Source: an uncultured Bacteroidales bacterium (lineage in GTDB: Bacteria > Bacteroidota > Bacteroidia > Bacteroidales > Paludibacteraceae). Taken from it: a stretch of 58,647 nucleotides of DNA. A model generated the notes under the pieces. It ran no database searches and was not told where the DNA came from. It worked only from the letters and a program-made list of their open reading frames with translations. The translations under genes were made by a program, and so were the position numbers. Of the stretch, positions 1 through 6,907 are shown in pieces (positions within the stretch are counted from its first letter, which is position 1; every line of letters begins with the position of its first letter). The DNA is taken from NCBI GenBank assembly GCA_945828585.1, contig CALZRN010000001.1:1-58647 (forward strand), read 5' to 3'.

Positions 1-287
1 GCACTTGAAATATCGCCATAACATACTATATTTCAATATTGTAGATAATTGGTTTGGATTTTAATGGGACATAAGTGTAATTAAACAATAAATAAAGGTT
101 AGGGGTTGTTTGGGTAGGCAATGGATAGGCAATGGGTAGCGTAACCACTAACAAACCACCAAGGAATCTCCAAGGAATCACTAACGATTCGATCGACGGA
201 GGAGATGTCAGAATAAAATTCCGACGCCAAAAACAAAGTCGGAAGCGGCATGATATGCCGGACAACAGACGCTGTAAAAATTTGCAT

Positions 288-338
288 GAGACACTTGATA
301 CAGTTGAGACAGTTGCGCCCGAGAGTATCAAGTGTCTC
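288..338 (-). terminator. Long hairpin downstream of the DUF3987 gene (possibly bidirectional)
   Basis: 14-bp inverted repeat GAGACACTTGATAC (288-301) / GTATCAAGTGTCTC (325-338), starting 8 nt past the stop codon. T-runs follow on both strands. Confidence 0.45.
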
Positions 339-345
339 AACTGTA

Positions 346-1653
346 TCATGCAATTTTTTTATACACTCCATATTTGATTTTTAGGATCAAGCCGACTGTT
401 TGCCACTCATCATTCCAACGTAGAGCCGTTGCGCGGGAAATACCTTGAGAGGCGGCTTCGGCGACGAGGGTTTTGGATTCAAACTCATCGGGGAGTAGAG
501 AGAGGAGGATCTGCTTCTGGTCGAGGGGTTTGACGGCAGGGGTTTCGATGGGTTTGGAGCCTTGGATGAGCTGGTACGCCTGCGCCATGTGGAGGATGAG
601 TTTGTTACCGATAAGCTCGGCGGTAGCGTAGTCGATATCTGAACAGAGGAGGGGCTCGGAACTAAAGTCCCGAGAACTAGCCGAAGAGGAACCGGAATAC
701 AATTCCGGGCTAATAGACGAAGAGGGAGAAACAGACATACCTCTCAATGCCGTGAGAATCATCGCGATGCGCTCGATATGGACGGCCATACGCAGGATGA
801 CGGAGTGGAAATCCAGACCGAGGAGACGGACGAGCGTGGGGTACGCGGTCTTGAGGTGGGCGCCAAGACGGTCGCGTTGGTCGTGCGTAAGGGCGAACTC
901 ACGGGGCTTGGAAGCGAGCAAGCGCCCATAGAGATGGTAGAGCTGCTCTGCGCAGGTGTGGATGGTCTCGCCGGAAGGGTCCGAAGGCTGCACATAGCGC
1001 TCGGAGAAGGGCTGGACATCCTCCACGATGAGGGTCAGGAGACGCGAGAAATATCCGTTCTCCACCGAAGGCACGAGTGCGCGGTACTGGCTGAAGGTAC
1101 CGGTGAGCACCATCGAGAGTTGGGGATTCTCGATGACCGACGCCTCACGGCAACGGGCACGCGAAATGGGTTCATGCTCGGCTGCCTTGCGAAGAGCGGT
1201 GTTGTAATTCGCAGTAGAGGAGCGCCAGATGTCGGTAATGACGGAGCCCTCGGACTCATGGATGTAGCCGCGGCCGTGCTGACGCGCGAGGGTCTGGTAG
1301 AAAGCCGGATAGGTCGCGTCGCCCGCGATAATAAGAGGAGTAGCCTCATGGATGGGTTTGACGAGTTCGAGGGCGAGGTTGGCGATTCCCTTTCCGCACG
1401 CCGCCGAACCGACGATAAAGAGCTGGAGGGACGGGTAATAGCGCTTGGCGGCGATGCCATAGCGGCAGTAGAGGTTCGGCATGACAGCTCCGCAAGCGGT
1501 CAGAGTAGCCATGAGCAACATGTCTTTCTCGGCGGGCGTTTGCGCGAGCGAGAGAACGGATTGCAGGAACGGCGGCAGGTTGGATCCATCCATGTTCGAC
1601 ACGATGTGGAGGTTAGCCTGCTCCTCCGGGTTTAGGTTTTGATTTTCGTTCAT
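346..1653 (-). CDS. DUF3987-family protein (mobile-element associated, putative primase/helicase-like NTPase with C-terminal HTH)
   Basis: 435-aa ORF with a P-loop-like IVGSAACGKG. Overall resemblance to DUF3987 proteins of Bacteroidota integrative elements. C-terminal HTH-like segment GISRATALRWNDEW. Confidence 0.6.
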   Translation of the reverse strand: MNENQNLNPEEQANLHIVSNMDGSNLPPFLQSVLSLAQTPAEKDMLLMATLTACGAVMPNLYCRYGIAAKRYYPSLQLFIVGSAACGKGIANLALELVKPIHEATPLIIAGDATYPAFYQTLARQHGRGYIHESEGSVITDIWRSSTANYNTALRKAAEHEPISRARCREASVIENPQLSMVLTGTFSQYRALVPSVENGYFSRLLTLIVEDVQPFSERYVQPSDPSGETIHTCAEQLYHLYGRLLASKPREFALTHDQRDRLGAHLKTAYPTLVRLLGLDFHSVILRMAVHIERIAMILTALRGMSVSPSSSISPELYSGSSSASSRDFSSEPLLCSDIDYATAELIGNKLILHMAQAYQLIQGSKPIETPAVKPLDQKQILLSLLPDEFESKTLVAEAASQGISRATALRWNDEWQTVGLILKIKYGVYKKIA

Positions 1654-1997
1654 AACGTTAATAAATAATTATAGGTTATCAGTAGTGTCTACTAAAAATA
1701 CAACAAAAACAAAGATAAACCCTTTGAGTGCTTTAGAAGCGATGCTTCTTTGACAAATTGATACTCAAACCTGCTTGTAAGCAAGCTCACAGACAGCTTT
1801 TACTACCAATTAGCCAACTCTAGCGAGTATAAAGCACTCAAAGACATAAACCGAAAAAAAATTTTCAAATCACATCCGTTCACTCAAAATGTCAGTATGA
1901 GTGGTTGAGTGGACAGTAGTAATAGGTTATAGTTAAAAAATAGTTGATCAGAAAACCCGAAAACGATGAGACACGTGGTTTAGGTTTCTCAAATCGA

Positions 1998-2035
1998 GTG
2001 CAAAGATACTACAAAAAACGTCCTTTGGAAAGGAC
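1998..2035 (-). promoter_or_regulatory. Bacteroidota-type promoter (-7 box TAtcTTTG) upstream of the DUF3987 gene
   Basis: The + strand CAAAGATA at 2001-2008 is TAtcTTTG on the minus strand. It lies about 345 nt upstream of the ATG at 1653, implying a long leader. Confidence 0.45.
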
Positions 2036-2067
2036 AAACAAAAAAAGTGACGTCACGTGACATCACT
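2020..2067 (-). terminator. Tandem intrinsic terminator hairpins after the 365-aa ORF
   Basis: Hairpin AGTGACGTCAC/GTGACATCACT (2046-2067) is followed on the minus strand by a T-run. A second hairpin GTCCTTTGGAAAGGAC (2020-2035) is followed by GTTTTTTG. Confidence 0.55.
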
Positions 2068-2088
2068 TTTGAAGGATTAATGAGGTGA

Positions 2089-3186
2089 TTATTTGAGGTG
2101 ATTTTTACGGTAAGATTTGGGCTTGTAATTCATCCTCTTGCCCAATGAATTGGGGTCAACAGGCCATCCGAAGATAAAGGTCAGTTGGTCGCATAAAACT
2201 GTCCTCTCGTGCAAAGAAACATAATTTTTGAAATTTTCGTCGTATTTCGACCGCTCGCGGATATACTGACACGCTCCTACATAGTCATTTTTCGCGGGAG
2301 CAGGAGTTACCTCATCCAAGAAAAGTTCCTGACGAAGATCTTTTCGTTGAGGTTTTGGGGTATCCAAATGCAGTTGCGCCGTAAGATAGCCCTCCCACTC
2401 CGTCATCCATCGGCGGAAGGAGGCTTGGTCTTCGGGATCGAGGGTAGCCAGTTCGTCGCTCAAAAACACCCAGTCCGTCTCCTGGGAGAGGATGAAGGAG
2501 CGGTCGGCGGAGGTGATTTTGGAGCCGGGTATTCCCTGCTTCATCGCCACATATTCGTCGGAGAGCCAGAGGAGGTACCGCTCCATGATGTCGGCGGCTT
2601 TCTCGCCCTCAAAAAAGAAGGTAGGTTCTTCCGTCTCATCGGGTATATCCGCGAGTTGGATGACAGTCGGGATATCGGTCCAATCGGTTTGGAGCAAACG
2701 CTGGCGGCGTGTCTCGACGCGTGCGGCGTCTATGAGCCATTGGGCGAAAGGCATTTTCCAGGGCATGGCCTCCCATATATGTTCCCCGAAAGGCTCCAGC
2801 ACCAGCCGGCGCATGTAAGTCGTCAGCAGCTCCATCACGAGGGTGAGGAGGCGTCTATTGGGGCATAGATCGATGAGGTTGTTCGGGTCATCGATAAACT
2901 GGACGTAGTTATCGCGCAGTTGGTCTATTTCGGCAGAGAGATAGCCCCAGTCGTCACGCAGGACCTCGCGGTCGTAAAGGGCGAAGAAGGCCTCTTTCTC
3001 GTCGTCCGTATAGAGGCGGATGCCGCGGGCGTTGCCTTCGGGCGTATCGACGAGGAAGACCGCCGCGAGGGCAGCACCGAGAAATCCGCCGAAGACGAAC
3101 TCATCCTCGCCATCGGGGCCGGAGATATAGAGCCGATGCGACTCGTAGCGCATGGAGGAGGAGAAGATGTAGTCGGAGAGGAGCAT
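2089..3186 (-). CDS. hypothetical protein (last gene of the accessory block)
   Basis: 365-aa ORF with coding-like composition and no motif I recognise. A 27-nt spacer separates it from the upstream gene, and terminators lie downstream. Confidence 0.6.
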   Translation of the reverse strand: MLLSDYIFSSSMRYESHRLYISGPDGEDEFVFGGFLGAALAAVFLVDTPEGNARGIRLYTDDEKEAFFALYDREVLRDDWGYLSAEIDQLRDNYVQFIDDPNNLIDLCPNRRLLTLVMELLTTYMRRLVLEPFGEHIWEAMPWKMPFAQWLIDAARVETRRQRLLQTDWTDIPTVIQLADIPDETEEPTFFFEGEKAADIMERYLLWLSDEYVAMKQGIPGSKITSADRSFILSQETDWVFLSDELATLDPEDQASFRRWMTEWEGYLTAQLHLDTPKPQRKDLRQELFLDEVTPAPAKNDYVGACQYIRERSKYDENFKNYVSLHERTVLCDQLTFIFGWPVDPNSLGKRMNYKPKSYRKNHLK

Positions 3187-3233
3187 GGATTAGGGGGGGG
3201 GGGGATTAGGGGATTAGCGATTTTCGATTAGCG
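3187..3233. repeat. GATTAG word repeat with embedded G12 homopolymer
   Basis: Sequence is ggattag-G12-attaggggattagcgattttcgattagcg, with the G run at 3193-3204. It spans the stop of the DUF3737 gene and ends next to the ATG at 3186. Confidence 0.9.
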
Positions 3234-3990
3234 AGCCGGGGAGGGGATCGACGATGGAGGGGAGTTCGCCGAGGATGGTTGCACGGACGGAGGATTTCTC
3301 GAAGGCGCGGTCGGTGTCGGGCGCAAAAGAGCAATCTTCGAGAACGAGGTTCTCGGCATAACAAAGCGGTTGCGTACCGGAGATTCGGCAGCGGACGAGG
3401 CGGAGGTTCTTGGAGTACCAGCCGAGGTACTCGCTCTTGATCTCGGAGTCGTAGAGAGTGCAGTCTTCGCTGTTCCAGAAAGCGTCTTTGGTATCGAGGA
3501 CGGCGTTATGGATCTCGAGATTACGGGCGTACTGGAAGGTGTATTTGCCTTGTAATTGGATATTTGTAATTTGTAATTTGTCGGAATGCATAAAGGCGTA
3601 AGTAGCTTGCTCGATTTGGAGGTCGGAGATCTCGCCGGTACGGCAGTACCAGAAGGCTTCCGCGCCATCGGTTATCTTGATTCGCTCCAGAGTCAGGCGG
3701 TCTATCTCACGGAAGGCTTTGGGCGCATCGATGAGGCAGTCAAAGAGACGGAGATCGCGGCAGTACCAGAGCGGCGCGCGGTCAGAGGATGCGAAATAGC
3801 AGTTGCGGCAGGTGACGTCCTCGCACTCCCAGATGACGTACCTGCCCTCGAAACGGCAGTTGTCAGCGAGGATATGGCGAGACTCTTTGAGTCCCGACTC
3901 GCCTTCACCGATGGTGACGCGGGAGAGTTGGAGATCGCGGGAGGCGTATAAGGGGCGCTCGCCGGAGAAAAAGGTATCAGAGATTTTCAT
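3214..3990 (-). CDS. DUF3737-family protein (beta-helix-like repeat protein)
   Basis: 258-aa ORF. N-terminal FSGERPLYASRDL and a repetitive beta-helix-like pattern resemble the DUF3737 family. The C-terminal LIENR-stop is encoded by the GATTAG repeat. Confidence 0.55.
   Translation of the reverse strand: MKISDTFFSGERPLYASRDLQLSRVTIGEGESGLKESRHILADNCRFEGRYVIWECEDVTCRNCYFASSDRAPLWYCRDLRLFDCLIDAPKAFREIDRLTLERIKITDGAEAFWYCRTGEISDLQIEQATYAFMHSDKLQITNIQLQGKYTFQYARNLEIHNAVLDTKDAFWNSEDCTLYDSEIKSEYLGWYSKNLRLVRCRISGTQPLCYAENLVLEDCSFAPDTDRAFEKSSVRATILGELPSIVDPLPGSLIENR
3550..3581. repeat. GTAATTTG/CAAATT word repeat inside the DUF3737 CDS
   Basis: ttgtaattggatatttgtaatttgtaatttgt is read in frame as LQITNIQLQ. 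Confidence 0.8.
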
Positions 3991-4008
3991 TTTTTCGGGA
4001 TGACGGGA

Positions 4009-5688
4009 TTACGAATAGAGGTAGCGTTTGAGGGTTTGTTTCTCGGTGCGGGCGAGGGGTTGGTCGGTGATCACGACGTCGTAGAGCTGGGAGAAGAGAG
4101 GGAGGGACGGATTGACGGCGCGGAGGATCATGCGGCGGAGAGAGGAAGAGGGACTAGACGCACTAGACGCACTAGACTCACTAGACGCACTAGTCTCACT
4201 AGTCTCACTAGTCTCACTAGAGGGAACAACGATAGCGACGAGATGACCATCGCGGGCAAGGACGATGGATTCGGAGACTTCGGGGAGGGCGTTGATGAGG
4301 GATTCGATGTTGTCCGGGTGGATGTTCTCGCCGTTGGGGAGGACGATGATGTCCTGCTCCAGACGGCCTTCTACATAGAGATAGCCGTCCTCGTCCAAAT
4401 GACCTTTGTCGCCGGTATGGAGCCAGCCGTCGGAGTCAATCTTACGGGCGGTAGCTTCGGGGTCTTTGTAATAGCCGAGCATGACGTTCTCGCCTTTGAC
4501 CAGGATCTCGCCGGCAGGGGAGATGCGGCAAGTCATGCCGGAAACGATTTTGCCACAAGTTCCAAATTTATACTCGGAGCAAACAGAATAACTGATTAAA
4601 GGTCCTGTTTCTGTCATCCCGTAACCTATGGATATAGGGACCTTTTCTGCCATCAATGTTCTTTCTGTATTTTTATCAAATAAGGCTCCTCCTATATATA
4701 TTTGTTTACAGTTTTCTTTCAAAAGCACAACGCAGTCTTGATGCGCACGCATTAAGCCTGATACCAATTGAGGTATCAGTCTTAATGCGTATGGGCGCGT
4801 TATACATATAGACTTATAAAGATTTTCAATGGTTAATAATGAGCACAATATGTATATGTACTTTCCTTTCAACAATTGTCCTATTATCTCTGTCATAAAA
4901 CCGTATATATGAGACATAGGAAGGACAGAAAGAAAAGCATTTATGTCATCATCAGGGTAACCATCTATAATGTTTTGGGAGTTGTTACTCATGTTGCGAA
5001 TAGACAACATTATTCCCTTTGCACTACCCGATGTTCCCGACGTAAAACAGATCATAGCGAGGGAATCGGGAGCGGAGGGAGGGAAGCTGACTATTGAGGG
5101 GCTAGAGGGACTAGAGGGACTAGACGCTCTAGTCTCACTAGTCTCACTAGTCTCACTAGTCTCACTAGACGAACTAGACGAACTAGACGAACTAGATACA
5201 CTAGATGCACTAGATGCATTGGAAGCTATAATGGATGTTCCGGATGCGAGAGATTCAAAATTTTCAAGGGAAATGATATTTGCGACTTGCGGCATAGGCT
5301 GACTCTTTAATTCCGCCCAGATGTCCGGGTCGGTAAAGAGGGCTTTGGCATCGGAGAAAGCGACCAGACGGGCTATCTCATCGGGCATGAGGGTATGCAT
5401 GACGGTGACGGAGACACCTTGCATCTTAGCGATCGCGAGATAAGCGATTGCCCAATGGGCGGAGTTGGCTCCGCAGATGGCAATATGGTCACCCTTTTGC
5501 AGACCAAGGGCGGTAAGGAGATCCGCTACGCGGCAGAGTTCCGCATACATCTCGCCGTAGGTATAGTGGTTGCCACGGGTGGTATCTTGGGCGGTACCGT
5601 CCTCCGTGAGATAGAAGTCCGTGAGGGCGGGAGCATCCCAGTTATTGCGGATAGTTTCCGCGAGGATATTTAAGTAGTTTTCAGTCAT
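4009..5688 (-). CDS. AMP-dependent synthetase/ligase (fatty-acyl-CoA / acyl-AMP ligase-like)
   Basis: 559 aa with adenylate-forming motifs TSGTSGSAKG, GYGMTETG and GWLHTGDKG. It carries two Ser/Glu/Thr-rich in-frame tracts encoded by CTAG arrays. Confidence 0.85.
   Translation of the reverse strand: MTENYLNILAETIRNNWDAPALTDFYLTEDGTAQDTTRGNHYTYGEMYAELCRVADLLTALGLQKGDHIAICGANSAHWAIAYLAIAKMQGVSVTVMHTLMPDEIARLVAFSDAKALFTDPDIWAELKSQPMPQVANIISLENFESLASGTSIIASNASSASSVSSSSSSSSSSSETSETSETSETRASSPSSPSSPSIVSFPPSAPDSLAMICFTSGTSGSAKGIMLSIRNMSNNSQNIIDGYPDDDINAFLSVLPMSHIYGFMTEIIGQLLKGKYIYILCSLLTIENLYKSICITRPYALRLIPQLVSGLMRAHQDCVVLLKENCKQIYIGGALFDKNTERTLMAEKVPISIGYGMTETGPLISYSVCSEYKFGTCGKIVSGMTCRISPAGEILVKGENVMLGYYKDPEATARKIDSDGWLHTGDKGHLDEDGYLYVEGRLEQDIIVLPNGENIHPDNIESLINALPEVSESIVLARDGHLVAIVVPSSETSETSETSASSESSASSASSPSSSLRRMILRAVNPSLPLFSQLYDVVITDQPLARTEKQTLKRYLYS
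4151..4224. repeat. CTAG-N5 array, 8 units, exact 9-bp phase (inside ligase CDS)
   Basis: CTAG at 4154, 4163, 4172, 4181, 4190, 4199, 4208 and 4217. Translated as SSETSETSETSASSESSASSASS. Confidence 0.95.
5099..5218. repeat. CTAG-N5 array, 13 units, exact 9-bp phase (inside ligase CDS)
   Basis: CTAG every 9 bp from 5102 to 5210. Translated as SSASSVSSSSSSSSSSSETSETSETSETRASSPSSPSSPS, just upstream of the TSGTSG motif. Confidence 0.95.
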
Positions 5689-5707
5689 AGGCGATTTTGG
5701 GGGAATA

Positions 5708-5838
5708 GAGGGACTAGTCTCACTAGTCTCACTAGATGCACTAGTCTCACTAGACGCACTAGTCTCACTAGACGCACTAGTCTCACTAGATGGACTAGTC
5801 TCACTAGAGGAACTAGAGGGACTAGCCTATCTAGTAGT
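5708..5838. repeat. CTAG-N5 array, 14 units, exact 9-bp phase (intergenic)
   Basis: CTAG every 9 bp from 5714 to 5831. The last unit supplies the TAG stop of the four-helix-bundle gene. Confidence 0.95.
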
Positions 5839-6472
5839 CTATTCCGTGGGATTGGAGGATGTTTTGCAGGCGGAGAACTTCGCGCTCCAAGAACGCGAGA
5901 CGCTCCTTCTCGGCTTGCCGGTAGCCGGTACGAGCCGCGTGCATGCGCTCTTTGATGCCGCCTTCCTTGACAAACTGCTCTTCCAGTTGGTGCAGGTATG
6001 TGGTCATCATCTTGTCCACCATGTGGCACAGGGTTAGTGCCAGATTGCAAAACTCCTCATCGGATATTTTGTTGATTAGTTCTTTATACTCTTCGAAGGT
6101 ATTATGCTGGCGGCAAAAGGTCAGCATATCCCCATACCGGGCATGCGATTTGTCCCACCGGATAAGATTCTTCCGATTGAGATAATCGTTATAGTCCCGT
6201 TGTAACTCCTGAATACTCGACCGCGCCACATTGAGCAGATTGATCTCCATCTGTGTACTGGTCATACCGTCCTCCGAGCCCTCGACTATATTCTGTTTGC
6301 CGCTCCGGCTCGCCTGCACCATCTGGTCCACCGTGCGGTCGCCATGCTTGGGCAAGAAGCGCTCGCAGAAAATAACCGTCATTTGGAAGAGCGCGTCGGA
6401 TTTCTGGTAGAAATAGAGATTCTTCCAATTGGCAGGGCGGCGAAGAATGGTGTTGTAGGTGTTGTATTCCAT
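5831..6472 (-). CDS. four-helix-bundle protein (23S rRNA intervening-sequence protein family, with C-terminal suffix domain)
   Basis: 213 aa. The N-terminal YQKSDALFQMTVIFCERF...QMVQASRSGKQNIVEG pattern is typical of the family. The C-terminal part is helical. Confidence 0.7.
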   Translation of the reverse strand: MEYNTYNTILRRPANWKNLYFYQKSDALFQMTVIFCERFLPKHGDRTVDQMVQASRSGKQNIVEGSEDGMTSTQMEINLLNVARSSIQELQRDYNDYLNRKNLIRWDKSHARYGDMLTFCRQHNTFEEYKELINKISDEEFCNLALTLCHMVDKMMTTYLHQLEEQFVKEGGIKERMHAARTGYRQAEKERLAFLEREVLRLQNILQSHGIDY

Positions 6473-6485
6473 AGGATGTATTTTT

Positions 6486-6549
6486 TTGCTAGTCGGGCTA
6501 GTCTCACTAGACGCACTAGAGAATCTAGAGGGGCTAGAGGGACTAGATA
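6486..6549. repeat. CTAG-N5 array, 7 units, exact 9-bp phase (intergenic)
   Basis: CTAG every 9 bp from 6489 to 6543. The last unit supplies the TAG stop of the ACP gene. Confidence 0.95.
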
Positions 6550-6782
6550 TTTCGAGCTATGTAGTCGTAGAGGTCCTGGAGGGTAATGAGGGCCTTGATT
6601 TCGGGTTGGATGATGGGGCAGCCAAAGGTCTTTTGCACAAATGTGGCTATCGCTACTGCATCCACACTGGTAATTCCCAAATCACGGCGAAGTTCCGCAT
6701 CGGGAGTTATCTGCGAAGGGTCGAAATCCAGCGTGTCGATGAGAAACGCATTCGTTTGGGATATGATTTGTTGTTTAGTCAT
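6543..6782 (-). CDS. acyl carrier protein (dedicated, second ACP in window)
   Basis: 79 aa with a phosphopantetheine attachment-like DLGITSVDAV. Size and helical pattern fit carrier proteins. Confidence 0.8.
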   Translation of the reverse strand: MTKQQIISQTNAFLIDTLDFDPSQITPDAELRRDLGITSVDAVAIATFVQKTFGCPIIQPEIKALITLQDLYDYIARNI

Positions 6783-6821
6783 ATCGTTTCATAACAAGTA
6801 TTCAGTATTCAATATTTGATT

Positions 6822-6860
6822 GGCAAAGGTACTGCTTTTTTTTGAGATATGCAAGTTTTT
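6822..6860 (-). promoter_or_regulatory. Bacteroidota-type promoter internal to the accessory block (upstream of the ACP gene)
   Basis: The minus strand reads CTTGCATATCTCAAAAAAAAGCAGTACCTTTGCC. The -7 box TAccTTTG corresponds to + 6824-6831. Confidence 0.65.
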
Positions 6861-6869
6861 TTTGGAAAA

Positions 6870-6907
6870 ATCGATTAGGGATTAGCGATTTTCGATTAGA
6901 GGATTGC
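6870..6907. repeat. GATTAG word repeat (near-identical to 3205-3233)
   Basis: gattagggattagcgattttcgattag matches the copy at 3205-3232 except for one G. It encodes the LIENR-stop of the PSD-like gene. Confidence 0.9.

Noticed and set aside
132-377. Small ORFs in 1-377 (26-349, 99-371, 132-377)
   Set aside because: They overlap one another and the terminator hairpin of the DUF3987 gene. The region consists of word repeats (TAGGCAATGG x2, CCAAGGAATC x2) and has no coding signature.
1-3186. Calling the left end an integrative/conjugative element or prophage
   Set aside because: Only a single DUF3987-type gene suggests mobility. No integrase, relaxase, transfer genes, tRNA target or direct-repeat borders are visible in the window.
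5685-6050. 121-aa ORF with LVRLVRLVRLV... and similar ORFs 4000-4599 (+, TSLTSLTSL) and 4970-5302 (+, LVSLVSLVS...LDELDELDEL)
   Set aside because: These are alternative-frame or antisense readings of the CTAG-N5 arrays. They have no independent coding signal and overlap better-supported genes or intergenic repeats.
5831-6472. Avd-like four-helix-bundle gene as part of a diversity-generating retroelement, with the giant surface protein as target
   Set aside because: No reverse transcriptase ORF is present anywhere in the window, and I found no template/variable repeat pair of about 100 bp differing at adenines.
4151-6549. Repeat-plus-variable-spacer architecture resembling CRISPR
   Set aside because: The units are 9 bp (a 4-nt constant plus a 5-nt variable part), far below CRISPR repeat and spacer sizes. 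No cas genes or leader are present, and three arrays are inside ORFs.
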